A stretch of 64,000 nucleotides of DNA from Sphyrna mokarran (lineage: Eukaryota). This document shows, piece after piece, positions 24,720-37,100 of this stretch; the first letter of the stretch is position 1, and the number at the start of each line of letters is the position of its first letter. The position numbers were made by a program, and so were the translations under genes. The notes under the pieces were generated by a model. It was not told where the DNA came from. It did not search any database and saw nothing but the letters and a program-made list of their open reading frames with translations. Location of the stretch: contig JAGIQG010000004.1 in assembly GCA_024679065.1 (NCBI GenBank), positions 35,588,001 to 35,652,000 of the forward strand, given 5' to 3'.

Positions 24720-25310
24720 TAAGTAGCCAAGATATTAAGAAAACATATGATATGCTTACCTTGATCAGCTATGTTATGTGCAAGAGTTGGGAAATCATAT
24801 TGCAGCTATATAGAACCTTGGTTAGACTGCATTTGGAGTATTGGTCACCACAAGGACATGGATGCTTCAGAGAAAGTACAAAGGTTCACCAGGATGTTGC
24901 CTGATCTTGAGAACGTTGGCTATGAAGTTGAATAAACTAGGATTGTTTTCACTAGAATGAATGATGGAGGTTGAGAGGAGAACTGACTGAGATCTAAAAA
25001 TGAGTCTTTTTCTAAGGGTGGAAGTATCAATTACAAAAGGGCACGGGTTCAAGATGAGGGGGGGAAAGTTTAAGGGAGACACGCTGTGGGAAATTTTTCA
25101 GAGTGATTGGTACCTAGAACACTGTCAGAGGAGGTGGTGAAAGCAGGCAGATTAGCAACATTTAAGAGGCAAATGAATTGGGACATGAAAAAGGAGTGAA
25201 CAAAGGGATACAGATCAAGCACGGGTTGGAGGTTTTTCTTAAAAGTTCAGTTAAGATATCAAAATTGGCAGTCTTGGAGGGTGAAGGACCTGTTCCTTTG
25301 GAGTACTTTT
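24720..25310 (+). mobile_element. CR1 LINE 3' fragment
   Basis: '[14 protein letters not shown]', 'LGLFSLE' and CR1-type tail. Confidence 0.8.
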
Positions 25311-26919
25311 GACTTCAGAATCCTTATTCTGAAACACTCTCTAGCTCTAGATTCCCTACAAAGGAAAAATGTCCTTTTCAATCCCACTCGGTGAGATTTT
25401 CTCTGATATCAGTTCTTTATGCCTTATAGTGTAACTTATAATGCCAAATATTTGCATGCACAGATACCATGCTGTACCACTGGCGGTCTCTGATTCGGTG
25501 GAAGGAGATGAATGGTCATCACTTTCGATTCATTACACATCCATAGTGATTTTACTCAGTGCCAGCTCAAGGACACCAGTACTTCGTTCCCACACATACC
25601 TTCATGTCCCGTGTGGGTTGTGACCTTATCTATCTACAGCTCAACTCACCACCCACATATGCTGTATCATCTGGCCTGGCAACCATCCTGCTTAGTCTCT
25701 CCAACTATCTTCATGCAGAACAAGCTGGCACATAAGATGGAGGCATTCCAGATCCATCCAAGATCATCATGGACATTAGTAGTAGTTCTGCTGGCTGGCG
25801 AGGACAGCATAAACCAAATGAGAACTCAATACAGAGCATCTGCCTGATAACTATGCTGAGAGTGATGACTCCCCCTATTTATCTGGGCCCTGCTATGCAC
25901 TTATGACCTCCCTTTTCTTCTGTAGCACATTGGGAAGCAGCCTTGGGGGTCTAACAACAAGGTTTGAGACACCAGCTCAGAGGGCAGCACTAGTGCGTTT
26001 TCCAGAACCCTCAAGGGGAGACTAACACATTGCTCATTCACACCCTCCACCTGCAGAATGGGACCTAGTCTTTGAACAGCCTTGGGGTCAAATTGGTGGA
26101 CACATCACAATGTCTGATTCACAGCAGATGGAGGCAGAAACATTGCAGGATACTGACCCACTGGAGACCAGGAATCTGCTAAGTCAATCTGATGACAAGC
26201 CTCTGCACTCAGTCACACCACAATCACTAGATCTCCAAAATCAAGCTTAGCAAAAGCAGGAAGGGATGCCTATTGCACTTCTTGGATTGAAAGATTGCAT
26301 GGAGTAGTTACATCTGTCTTCAGTCTGAGGTGATTGCAATGATAGAGTGGTGGCCATTATAAGAGACTTTGGTGCAACACTTCCATCCAGCATTGCTGCA
26401 GGACATGCATTCCATGATATAGGCTGGGTTCCAGCAGTGCCAAGGGACAGCTGGACTTCTTGAGCTCACTCCAACTGCCCCTCCATCCCAAGGAGGAGAA
26501 AGCTAGGGGCTCTTGGATCAGAGCATCAATTGGTTCCCCCCACCAATCCATGCAGGTGACTTGAGTGTCTAGCCCATTGGAATTCTCTCTTCCTGTATTA
26601 TCTTTAAACTAGTCACAAATTCAAAATAAATGGGAGCTGGGGCAATTTTAGCTATTATATATCAAGACTAATCATATATGACTAAATTCACTGAAGGAAC
26701 TTGATTAACATAAGCATTAAATTTGCACTTCCATGCAGACAGTGAAACAAAAATTAACATTCCTTCCGAGGATCTCAAAACTGTCAAGATGTGCAATGTG
26801 TTTTTATCTCAAATGTAGAAACCGGAAGAGCGTTTAAAACATCACAGCTGGAACTTGAGAATCAAGATAAATTCAAAATATCAATCATATTGCACATCAA
26901 TGAAAATGAAGTCAAGAGA

Positions 26920-27210
26920 AAATGCACAGTTGGTTAACAATGCTGCCTCACAGCCACAGGGACCCAAGTTTGATTCTTGTCTTGGGTTAGTGTATATTTG
27001 TACATTATCCCAATGTCTGCATGGGTTTCTTCAGAGTGCTCTGATATCCTTGCACAGCCCAAGATGTGCAGGTTAGGTGGATTAACCATGATAAATGGAC
27101 AGGGTTACATGATAGGACAAATGGGAAGGCCTGGGTGAGATGTCCTTTCAGACAGTCAGTGCAGACTTGATGGGCCAAATGGCCCTTTTCTATACTGTAG
27201 AGATTCTATG
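26920..27210 (+). mobile_element. V-SINE with CR1-derived tail
   Basis: tRNA-like head (GGTTAACAATGCTGCCTCACAG...), V core, tail ATGGGCCAAATGGCC...CTGTAGAGATTCTATG. Confidence 0.75.
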
Positions 27211-27345
27211 GTTCTAAAGTATGAACTGTGCAAAAGATCACAATGTTTTTTCCACTTTAAGGCACAGGAATTTGCTTGTAGTTCATGTATTAGATCAAAT
27301 AATTTACATGTTCCAACAAATGCATTACAAAGAAAAAGGGAAACC

Positions 27346-27351
27346 TTTATT
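27346..27351 (-). terminator. Probable polyadenylation signal of the NCOA5-like gene
   Basis: AATAAA on minus strand ~0.8 kb past the stop, followed by a U/GU-rich tract. Confidence 0.55.
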
Positions 27352-28155
27352 AAGTTCAAACACCTACTTATTCTTCAGTTGTTACAGAAGACATCCCTTT
27401 AAAATATTATCACATTGTAACACACTGAGAACTAAGGTTTCTGAAGTGATTGTGGGTTTTTCTCCCTCTTCCTGCAAAATAATTAGAAACTTCATTAACA
27501 GAGGTGTATATCAATACATTAAAGAAATTAATTACTTTAATTGGGATATACTGAACATATTGTTTCTCATCAAATCAACGCAGCACTGTTACAATGCTCA
27601 GTACAAAAAAAGCAGTCAAGTGAACAGTTGTACAAATCTGGCCAAGATAATACTGTACGGTGATATTTACTCAGTTACTCCTGTTGATATAATTGCTTTT
27701 AGCTACAGAAAGATCCACATGTCAGAGTACTTTAAGTCTCCTTAAAGAAGTATCACCATACAATAAAATCTTTGAAAAAAAGTTCTCAAAACAGAATGGA
27801 GAAATAGTTAACAAGCATCTAACAAATGAAACAACCACCGCGAAAGATACATTTATCAAAGGTTTCTTCAACCCTTTCAAAACCATTCATGGCGACATTT
27901 AAAAGTTACAAAAAAATGGTCCTTATACATGACATTGGGCATACACCTTCAAAAAGGAACTTGAACTTACAATGGGATCCTTCTAAAATGCTAAAATACT
28001 ACAGTTTAAAATTCAGTCTGAGACTATTCATCAAGGTGTTTGCTGTATTCGTTCGGTGTGGTGTCTTGTACTTCTGGTGCTCTTCAAACAATGTTGTGGA
28101 TATACAAACTTTTCTTCAAAGCAGGGTGAATTCTGATGCTTCAAGTGGTCATTCC

Positions 28156-28196
28156 TTACTGCAGTGGGAGTCTAGCACCTAGTTTTAATGGATGAC
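28156..28196 (-). CDS. NCOA5-like: NCOA5-like terminal coding exon (GHPLKLGARLPLQ*)
   Basis: Acceptor TTTTTTCTGTTATAG, phase 1, TAA stop, downstream AATAAA. Confidence 0.6.
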
Positions 28197-31100
28197 CTAT
28201 AACAGAAAAAATTTTTACTTCCTGTACATGAATCTCCACACAATCATGTTCATGCTGCATCATTTTACAATGTATTTTAAAAAGCAATAAAGGCTGAAAG
28301 CACAGGGCAAGTTCATTCATAGCATCTCAATATGAATCATCTGGTGAACCTTCACTGCATCTCCTTGAAGCAAGTACGCCCTCGCATGCATAGAGACACA
28401 AAAATGGTGCAGTACTTCAAAGGTGTGGTCTCATCAAAAGGTCTCATTTCAGAAAGAACTTTGTTCTTACCCAAATCGCCATATTTAACATCCATTAGCG
28501 TTATTTTCTATTCTTCCTACCAAAAAGAGCAATTTAATTTTTCCTCGTCACTCAATCTGTTCTTCCTTTGCAGCTTTCTATCATCAGCAAACTTGGATAG
28601 ATCAGTCCCCTCAGCATAGTTATCAATATAGACCATAACTAGCAAAGACTAAGACACTGATCCTTGCCAAACCCCACCAGTTACAGCCTGCCAACTCAAA
28701 AACAACCAATTTAATTTTGCAGTTTGCATCACTGAGAGTATCCAAAAAAGATCAGAATTATCAACATTGAATTTCTAAACAAATAATTGTTTTTGTAGCT
28801 ATGCTTTGAGCTCCTTGTTTTACTGATTACTTCAGTCAGTTTCTGTATATTCCGTCTTTTGTTCCTCCCAGAAGCTCCAGCTTTATTTATTTTTTCATTT
28901 GTTAATCCATTTATATTTACCTTTACCTCATCAGTTGCTAATTCTAAAAATGTACTTTTTCTGTACCCTCAGCTTTTATTTTTATAAATATAAAGGATAC
29001 ATTTAATCTATTGATGCATTCTCAAATCCACTTGCTTCAAATTGTTCCTTCACTTCTTTTAAATTAGCCCCTTTAAAGATGCAAAAATAGCTCCCAGCAT
29101 TTGGTACATTTGAAGTAAAGATCATGGCCCAAACAATTCAGGTATTAGGATTATTGGAAATTGGATACAATTTGGGAGATGGATGTGAAGACTCTGGAGA
29201 TCCTGATACATACACATGTGCTGAAAATTTCCTTGAAAAGTTTAAATTACTGATTTCCACTGCCCCAGAACCCATCGTGAATGTCATGGACATTGAGCTG
29301 AATGAACAAAGCCTTCCAGAGTTCATAAATTAGATATTAACTAGCATAAGGTAAGGGATGGGGCTAGCATAACTCAGAGCACTATGATGGACTCCCCAAA
29401 TCATCTCAGCTCTAACCTGACCACAGACTCAATCATTGAAAGACTTGAAACATAAAATACTTGCTTAAATATTTGGCAGCTACTGTCATGGCAAGTTGGA
29501 AAACGCCCTATCTTTGTTCATCTATTTTTTGTGTTGTCTTCCTTGTGGATGTCTGACTGACCCAACGATCCTTCAACCAGGACGGGATGTCCAAGTTGAA
29601 AAATTGCAAAATGGTTGGGTTGTAGAAATCTTCATAGGCAGCGTCAACATGTGCACCGACACTGACATCAGTGTCGTTAGAAATGGGCACATGTTAAATC
29701 TGATCATTCTGTAATATTTCTCCACCAAAAGTAAAAGACCTGCCGTTTTCTGCTCCTTGTCAAGACATGGATCAAATTAAAAAACCTAGAAACCTATTTA
29801 GGAATATAGTCATTAAATAGAAAATAGACTGAAGTCATTTTTCAGCTGTTGAAAATTTGCTGGTGTTGCTGAGTGAAAATATAGTAGTTGAAGTAGTTCA
29901 GATAGTTACCACAAAATTGTGTGGATTTTTAACCACAACATGACAATACAGGAAACCATAAAGACATCCTTGAAATGTAAAGTTATTACTCTGAAAAAAC
30001 ATGCTCAGAAAATGACAATGATAAAGTGTAACATTCTAAAAGTTAGGCAGAATGCTGAAGATGAAGTAACTGGGAGAAAAATGCTAACCTGGAGCTGGCA
30101 AAAGGGCCCTGATTGGCCGATCACCCAAAAGTGGAGGTTTTTTCTGAGAAAGAGGTGCATGACCCAAAAGGGGTGGCCTGCCTGGTGTTGGAAGAAGGGG
30201 TTTAGGCTTGCTGGTGGGTTGTGCAACAGCGCCAACATCATAGTAACCTTCAGTTCCAGCGGGTTGAAGAGAAGCTGGAAAATAAAAGTTTAAACCATAA
30301 GTTTACACTAACACAGTTTGCACCCAATTTAAATCTTTTAAACACAATTCTACTTACTGCTGTTAATGTTTAATTCAAATTGCTGTATTTTGCACATTAA
30401 CTTGATGTTATCAGAAGACTACACAAGTAAAAAATCAATAACATTCTATAGATGATAAAGTACAATTTTTTTTTTTTACACATCCAAGATTAGAATAGAA
30501 ATTTAGTGAAGAAGGTCCCAAATAAGTTTCAATGTTCTTTTAGAAAGGAGCTGGATGCATTGAATAAAATAATGGAAATTGCAGCTACGCAATGCAACCA
30601 CTTCAAATTAACCATATAAAAATTGCACTGGAATCCTGAAATATGCTCACTTACCTTCATGTGGCCATTGATAATTTTCAGCTCCCCCTTCCTGAAAGTT
30701 TTGCCAATTACTGTTTGCCTCTATCAAAACAAATAAATATTGGGTTTGCAACAATCAAAAGTAACAACTTTCAAGGCATAAAAGAACAGAAATCAAGGCT
30801 CCAAGCCAGTGATTCAAATCAATAAAAAACTATAGCAGATATGCCCAAGCTGTATACCTAAAGCTACATATAGTCTGACCCCTTGGCGGTCTGGATAAAG
30901 CTTACAGAACAGAATTCTAATTGTGCTTATATTTCCCAGTCATCAAGTTTCAATGTTGTGCTTTGGAAGTTTTCAGCATGGGTGGACAAATCCTAAAATC
31001 TAAATACAAGGTGTGTTAATAAAAGCAACTTGAGATAAATATAAATTTCTTGGAAAATGGATTTAAATTACATGAGTATTAATGCAGTACACGGTTCTCT

Positions 31101-34100
31101 CTTTAGTTTCTGACATGCACTTATCAGAAACGGAAAACCACCAGCAGCTATCTACCACTGATCTATACTTTGCAGGATTATCCCCATGAAGTGAACATGA
31201 AGCCAATCTTTTTGTATTTGGAGCAGGCAATCTGATTGGTCTGCTGAGATCCCTAATTCAATGTTTAGTGCCAAGAAAGAAGAGCCTGCTAATAAACCTG
31301 TTATTGTATTTTGAGCATCAATGCAACAATAAGCAAGAGATTGTTACCAGCAATGATCAGAAAAACAATCTAGCAGCTCCTTTAACGACATGGCACTGAT
31401 CAGTTGTAATCTTTAGAAATTCAACCATGTCTCAATGTATCTTACCTATGAGATTTCTGAACAATGTTAACCAAAGAAGTGCTAAGCCATGATGCTATTT
31501 TCCATAAATGGCACATATAATAATCAATCTATATAACAGCTTGTAGTAATAAACAGCATTTATAATATTTAATGTTAGCAGTGAAATTATTTTCAATAGA
31601 CAACTGCTGAAATTGAGTGGATTCCAGTAATATGGACTCTGTACGCAGACAGAATTATTCATTCTTAACTAACCTCCTTCAAGATCCTCTTTTCTTTTGT
31701 TCAAATAGTCAACCACTTTTTGAAGCTCTTCTGCATAAAGATGCTTTCCATCACCTAGCAGAAAGAGAAGATGCCGAATGCTGCTTGGCACAACGTGACT
31801 TTCATCATAAGATTCACGATGAAGGTAATCATCTGCCAAATTTGCTGCTTTGTGAGCAATCTCAAGTCGTTCTTTCTCCAAATTTTCACCAAATATGCGT
31901 TGGTGCTCACGAGAAATCAGGTCCAAAGCATCTTCCAAAGGCATATTGCGATGTTCTGCTCAAGAAAGGTAACTTTATTTTTGATCTGATTGGAAAACTC
32001 TTCAGTGAGTTAAGTACACATTTTTATAATTTACTAGCATATATTTGGAAATAAACCAACACACTCACTGAGATTTCAACAAAATGTAATGAAATGGAAT
32101 TAGGGTAACAGAGGCTAGCATTGCTGTCTCAGTGCCAGAGACCTGGGTACAATTCCTGGCATGAGTCATTGCCTGTGTGAAGTGAGCATGTTCTCACTGT
32201 GTCTGTGGGGGTTTCCTCCAGGTGCTCTGGTTTCTTCCCACAGTCATAAAGACATGCTGGGTAGGTGCACTGACCATGCTAAATTCTCCCTCAGTGTACC
32301 GAAACAGAGTGTGGCAACAAGGGAATTTTCACAATAACTTCATTCTAGTGTTAATGTGAGCCTACTTGTGACACTAATAAATAAACTTAAACTTGATGAA
32401 AAAACAGCCAAGGTTTTTTTTTTAATGGACGCAATGAAGACACATAAAAACTAAGATTTTTCATTTACATAGTATGGAAGTGCTCAGGACACAGACTGCA
32501 ATCCAAATCAGCCTTCATATGAATCATAAGCTTCAAAGATTTTTAAATTTTGCATATGGCAAACTATATAACCCTTGGGAGCAGAAAACAAAATGAGAGG
32601 AAATTTAAGAGGTACTTCTGTGTATGCATGTGTCTCTGCAGGGAAGGACTTTACTCTTTGCGAATGAAAGGCTTATGTCACGTGTGCATTAGAATAAAAG
32701 TATTTGTGTATATCAAATCTTATTGCAATTTCTGTACAATAATGCTCGTGCCATACAAGAGCTTTGTTATATTTGATATATTCCAATACATAAAGATGGG
32801 GTGCCTCAGTTATAGGTTGAGTCAGGCACAGGGTTTTGACACAATGAGGTGATGAACTGTCTGAGGATGAAAGATATTATCGCAATGTTCTAAGAAACAG
32901 TAAACAACTAGTGAAACAATGCTTTAAAATGAAAGCTCTCCGAATCTGCAGATTAATTTTATTACTGATGAGAGTTTTTAAAAAATAGGTAATTGGAGAA
33001 AGTAACTATAATCCTAATTTTGAAAAGTTAGATATAGCATAGGGAAAGTTCAATGCCTTTAATTAGGGAAGTGAAAACAAAATTTAAGATCCTTCTATTA
33101 GCTGCCCAGTGATGCCTGGGACTTTAACCACATGGATACCATGAGCTTGTTAATGACAAATCCTTAGATTGAACATGATTATACATATTACTCAGGTTAA
33201 AAGAACCGTTATTTAGACAACAGAACCCATACCACAATGACAAGTGAAAAAACTACTATTCATATCAATACCAGCTTAAGTGACAGTGATGAGCTGATCT
33301 GAAAATAAAATAATCATCTCTCTTCACTGGAATGAAAATAATATGAAGGTTTACTGCAACAGTTTTGAGATTAATAATCACATCCTGCAAGTTTTGCCCA
33401 ATGCAAAAACAAAGTAACTTATTTTCTACCGACTCAAGATACTGCATATTAAATATGGTGTCTAGGAAAATGGATTTTGGTCACATAATCTCACAAATCT
33501 CATATTTACAAGGGATAAGGAATCTCAGTCTCGGACAGACATATGGCACGTGATATTAACTTTTTGCAGTATGGTTAGACCAGATTTTCAGTGAGCTGCA
33601 AGTTGAGCCAAATAGTTAAGTACCAAACAAAACATAGGAAAAATAAAAAGAGCTGAATATTATATTTGAGAGAGTGCAGAAAACTGTAGTACATGGAGTA
33701 CAGAAGGATTTGTAGGGGTTGAGGGATGCTGTCCTCATGCATAATTCAGGAGGTAATAGGGATGGCAAATGGAATTTTGGCTTTTACTTAAAAGGCAATT
33801 GAGTAAAAAAAATTGAAAGCCTCGCTAAAACAATACAAGACACTAGTTAGATTGCACAGGCAATCCCTTGAACAATTTTGGTCCCCTTATCTAAGGGGGC
33901 AGTCCAGAAAAAGTTCACTAGGTTGATCCCAGCTATTGAGGGATTTCATGAGGTTGAGCCTGGACTTATTGAGTTTACAAGAATGACAGGATTCTCCGAG
34001 GGCTTGACAGGGTAGATGCTGAGAGCTTGTTTCTTCTTGTGGAAGAGTCTAGGACCAGAGGCCATAATCTCAGAGTAAAGGGTCGCCCATTTAAGATAGA

Positions 34101-37100
34101 GATGAGAAATTTCTTTTGAGGGTAGTGAATTCTTTACCGCAGAAAGATGCAGAGGCTAGATCATTATGTTCATGGACAGATTTTTAATCAGTAAGTGCAT
34201 AAGGGTTATGGGGATAAGGTGGGAAAGGGGAGTTGAGGAATATCTCATCAGTCATGATGTCATCTCATTGAATGGCAGAGCAGACTTGATAGATCGAAAA
34301 GCCCATTTCTCCTCTGTCTTGCGGGCTTCATTACTCAAAACACCAAGGAGTAAAACAGTCAGTTCAAAATATTCAGACATTCTCCCTTAAAAGCAGAAAT
34401 CCACCAGCATGTTGTTTCTGTATCAAATAATAAACTGCACATGATGCAAGAATCAGTTTCAAATTTTTTTCCTAGTTTAAAAAAAAAATCAAAATACTTT
34501 GGAAAGAAATGCCTCAAAGCCACATGAAGAATGTAATTTGCCTCAGGAATAATGAGCGTTAAGTTAGATAAAAACACCACAAAGATCTCCATGAAAACAT
34601 AAGGACATCATCGAGGTTTTATATCTCAAGAATTCTAGGTGTATCTTTACAGAAAATGAATATGTACCTTTGTGGCCTGCATACAAAATAATCACTGTGC
34701 AAGACGAAAGAGACTGATGTTCTCCACCAACAACCACACAAAATGGGGAGCCTTCTTCTCGAACATCTTTCAAAGCAGTATCAAGAGCCAATTCTAATTT
34801 AAGGTACACAAGATCCACTAGAAGTCCCAGTTCTTGCACACGTCGCCCTACCAGTTTGGCATAATCCCTTAAATTGAAAGAGAATACTTTCCAGTTAGGC
34901 ACTCAAATAAGTTTGAAAATGCAATTTCACATAATTATTTTTAAAAAAAGTCACTGTAGTGCAAGACCCTAAAAGAACCACTAGGTTCTAACTAAAGCAC
35001 TAGGATTTTCTTAAAACAATTAATGGACAGAACTTTGTTTAAGTTCTTAATGGTAGTGGCTTTTTCCCAAATGCATAGATATTTAAGCTCTCATTCTTGA
35101 TTATCAATGCTTTCAAAACCAAGTCTGAAGGTTAAATTTAAACAGTATTTTATAGCAAGCATTGCATACAAGAGACTAATCACAATGTAACAATTTAATT
35201 AAAATACGTTCTGTTCTTAAGCAATTTTGAGTGCAAGCTTAATGTTGGACGATACACTCAATTTAAGCTTTTAGGTCAGGTTTAAATAGCTATATATTCA
35301 ATCTCTATTGCAACATAGGATTGATTGTCAAAATTAGTGGGATGGCTAGTTAGCCAACTGGAATTTAGAATCTAGAACCGATATTCATTGAGTTTATACT
35401 TGTGCATAGAACAGAACAGAAACGACTTCATTAAATTGAACTAAACCGCACCCCACTACTTCGACAAGTAGATATTTAAAACTAGATTCCTGCTCAAAAA
35501 AATTTAGATTATGCATCAATTGCAAATAGACAAAATGCTGTTGATCATAATGAAGTGTGTCTATCAACAATCTTTAGAAGCTGGCAATTCCACAGTGGTT
35601 CCAATTACACAGGGTTGCCCATTTTTCAGCTTACAGATCATCACAACGAAACACCCTACCACTGAAGGAAGCTATCCAGGTATCAGCAACCTTTTCCCTG
35701 CAATATTAATTCTATACAACTAAAGATCAATAAATTGTGAATTTTGAACATTTCAGCTTTCTTCCCCATACCAGTTTCAAATATAATAAAACCAATTTGA
35801 ACCCTTCTCCTTTAGCCATAAAAACACCTTCTTCTCAAATTCCAGTTTATAAAATCTGGTTTAAGTTTGCTGAAAACTAGCTACAGCTGATTTCCCAGTC
35901 AACTGATTGAAGTATTACATCTGAAGTAACTAAATCAATGTAATCACAGCCTTATATAAATTCTACTTCAAAATTAAATCCTGTTTCAGGATAAGAAAAT
36001 TTGTGAAATGAACATGCATAATTTACAAATGACAATCACAAATGTTGCAATGAGATTTATTCCCTCGTAACCTTTGTGAATCCCAAGAAGTACACAAATA
36101 TTTGCTCCAGCTATCCTGTAATAAGGCAATTTTTTACTAAAGGCTACTTTTTTTTGATCTGTTGCAGCTCATAAGGAAATAAGTAGTCATGAGATTAAAA
36201 AATAATTACTCTCAAAATTCACAAAACTAAACTTGATTTTTACCAACTTATTCAGCAGCAACATTACAATATGTTCTCCAGGCCTTTTACAGGCAGATTT
36301 GGTTTCCTGGTCTGGATATAGTGCTGCATATTTTCAGCCCATATTTGCATAATTAAAGAACTATGTGGTGGCTATTTCCTAGTAAAATTTTGCTTCTAAT
36401 TCAACCTCATTCATTGCACGAATCACCAGTTGACTTAAGTACTCAAATTAACAATGTTTCAGCCCATATTATGAATTTTACAAGAAATACAATGATCCAG
36501 ATTTTGCAATTTTAATGACAACAAAACTATTACTCACTGAAACGGATATCAATACCCAGCTTCTGCATATGCATGTTTTAACATGGAAATCCAGAAGTTG
36601 CTTCCTTGCTTCTCTATAGATTATGCTGAAGTCCTTGCTTTCTTTCACAGGTGTGGACATTATTGGTTGGCCAGCATTTATTTCCCATCGCTAACTGCCC
36701 GAAGTGATGAGCCACCTTCTTGAACCACTGCAGTCCACAAGTTGTAGGAACACACATCATTGTTTGGAAGGAAGTTCCAGGATTTTGACCTTGAAACATG
36801 GAAATCTTAGCATCATGGCAGTGATTAGCACTGCTGCTGCACAATGCCAGGAACCCGAGTTCAATTTCTGGCTTGAGTCACTATCGGTGCAGAGTCTGTA
36901 CGTTCTCCATATTTGTGTGGGTTTCCTCCCACAGTCCGAAAGACACGATGGTTAGGTGTATTGCCGTGCTAAATTCTTGCTCAGCATAACTGAACAGAAG
37001 CCGGAACGTGACAACTAGGGAATTTTCATTGCAGTGTTAACAATGTAAGCCTAGTTGTGACACTAATAAATAAACTTTAAATTGACAATCTTTTGTTTGT

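Noticed and set aside
27221-28182. Plus-strand ORFs of 174 and 118 aa
   Set aside because: Antisense to the AT-rich 3' UTR of the NCOA5-like gene; no protein-like motifs
29508-29690. 60-aa minus ORF that looks protein-like
   Set aside because: GTG start with an in-frame TAA just upstream and no acceptor joining it in phase
26920-37079. tRNA-like A/B-box sequences at SINE heads
   Set aside because: Degenerate SINE 5' regions; no cloverleaf supportable
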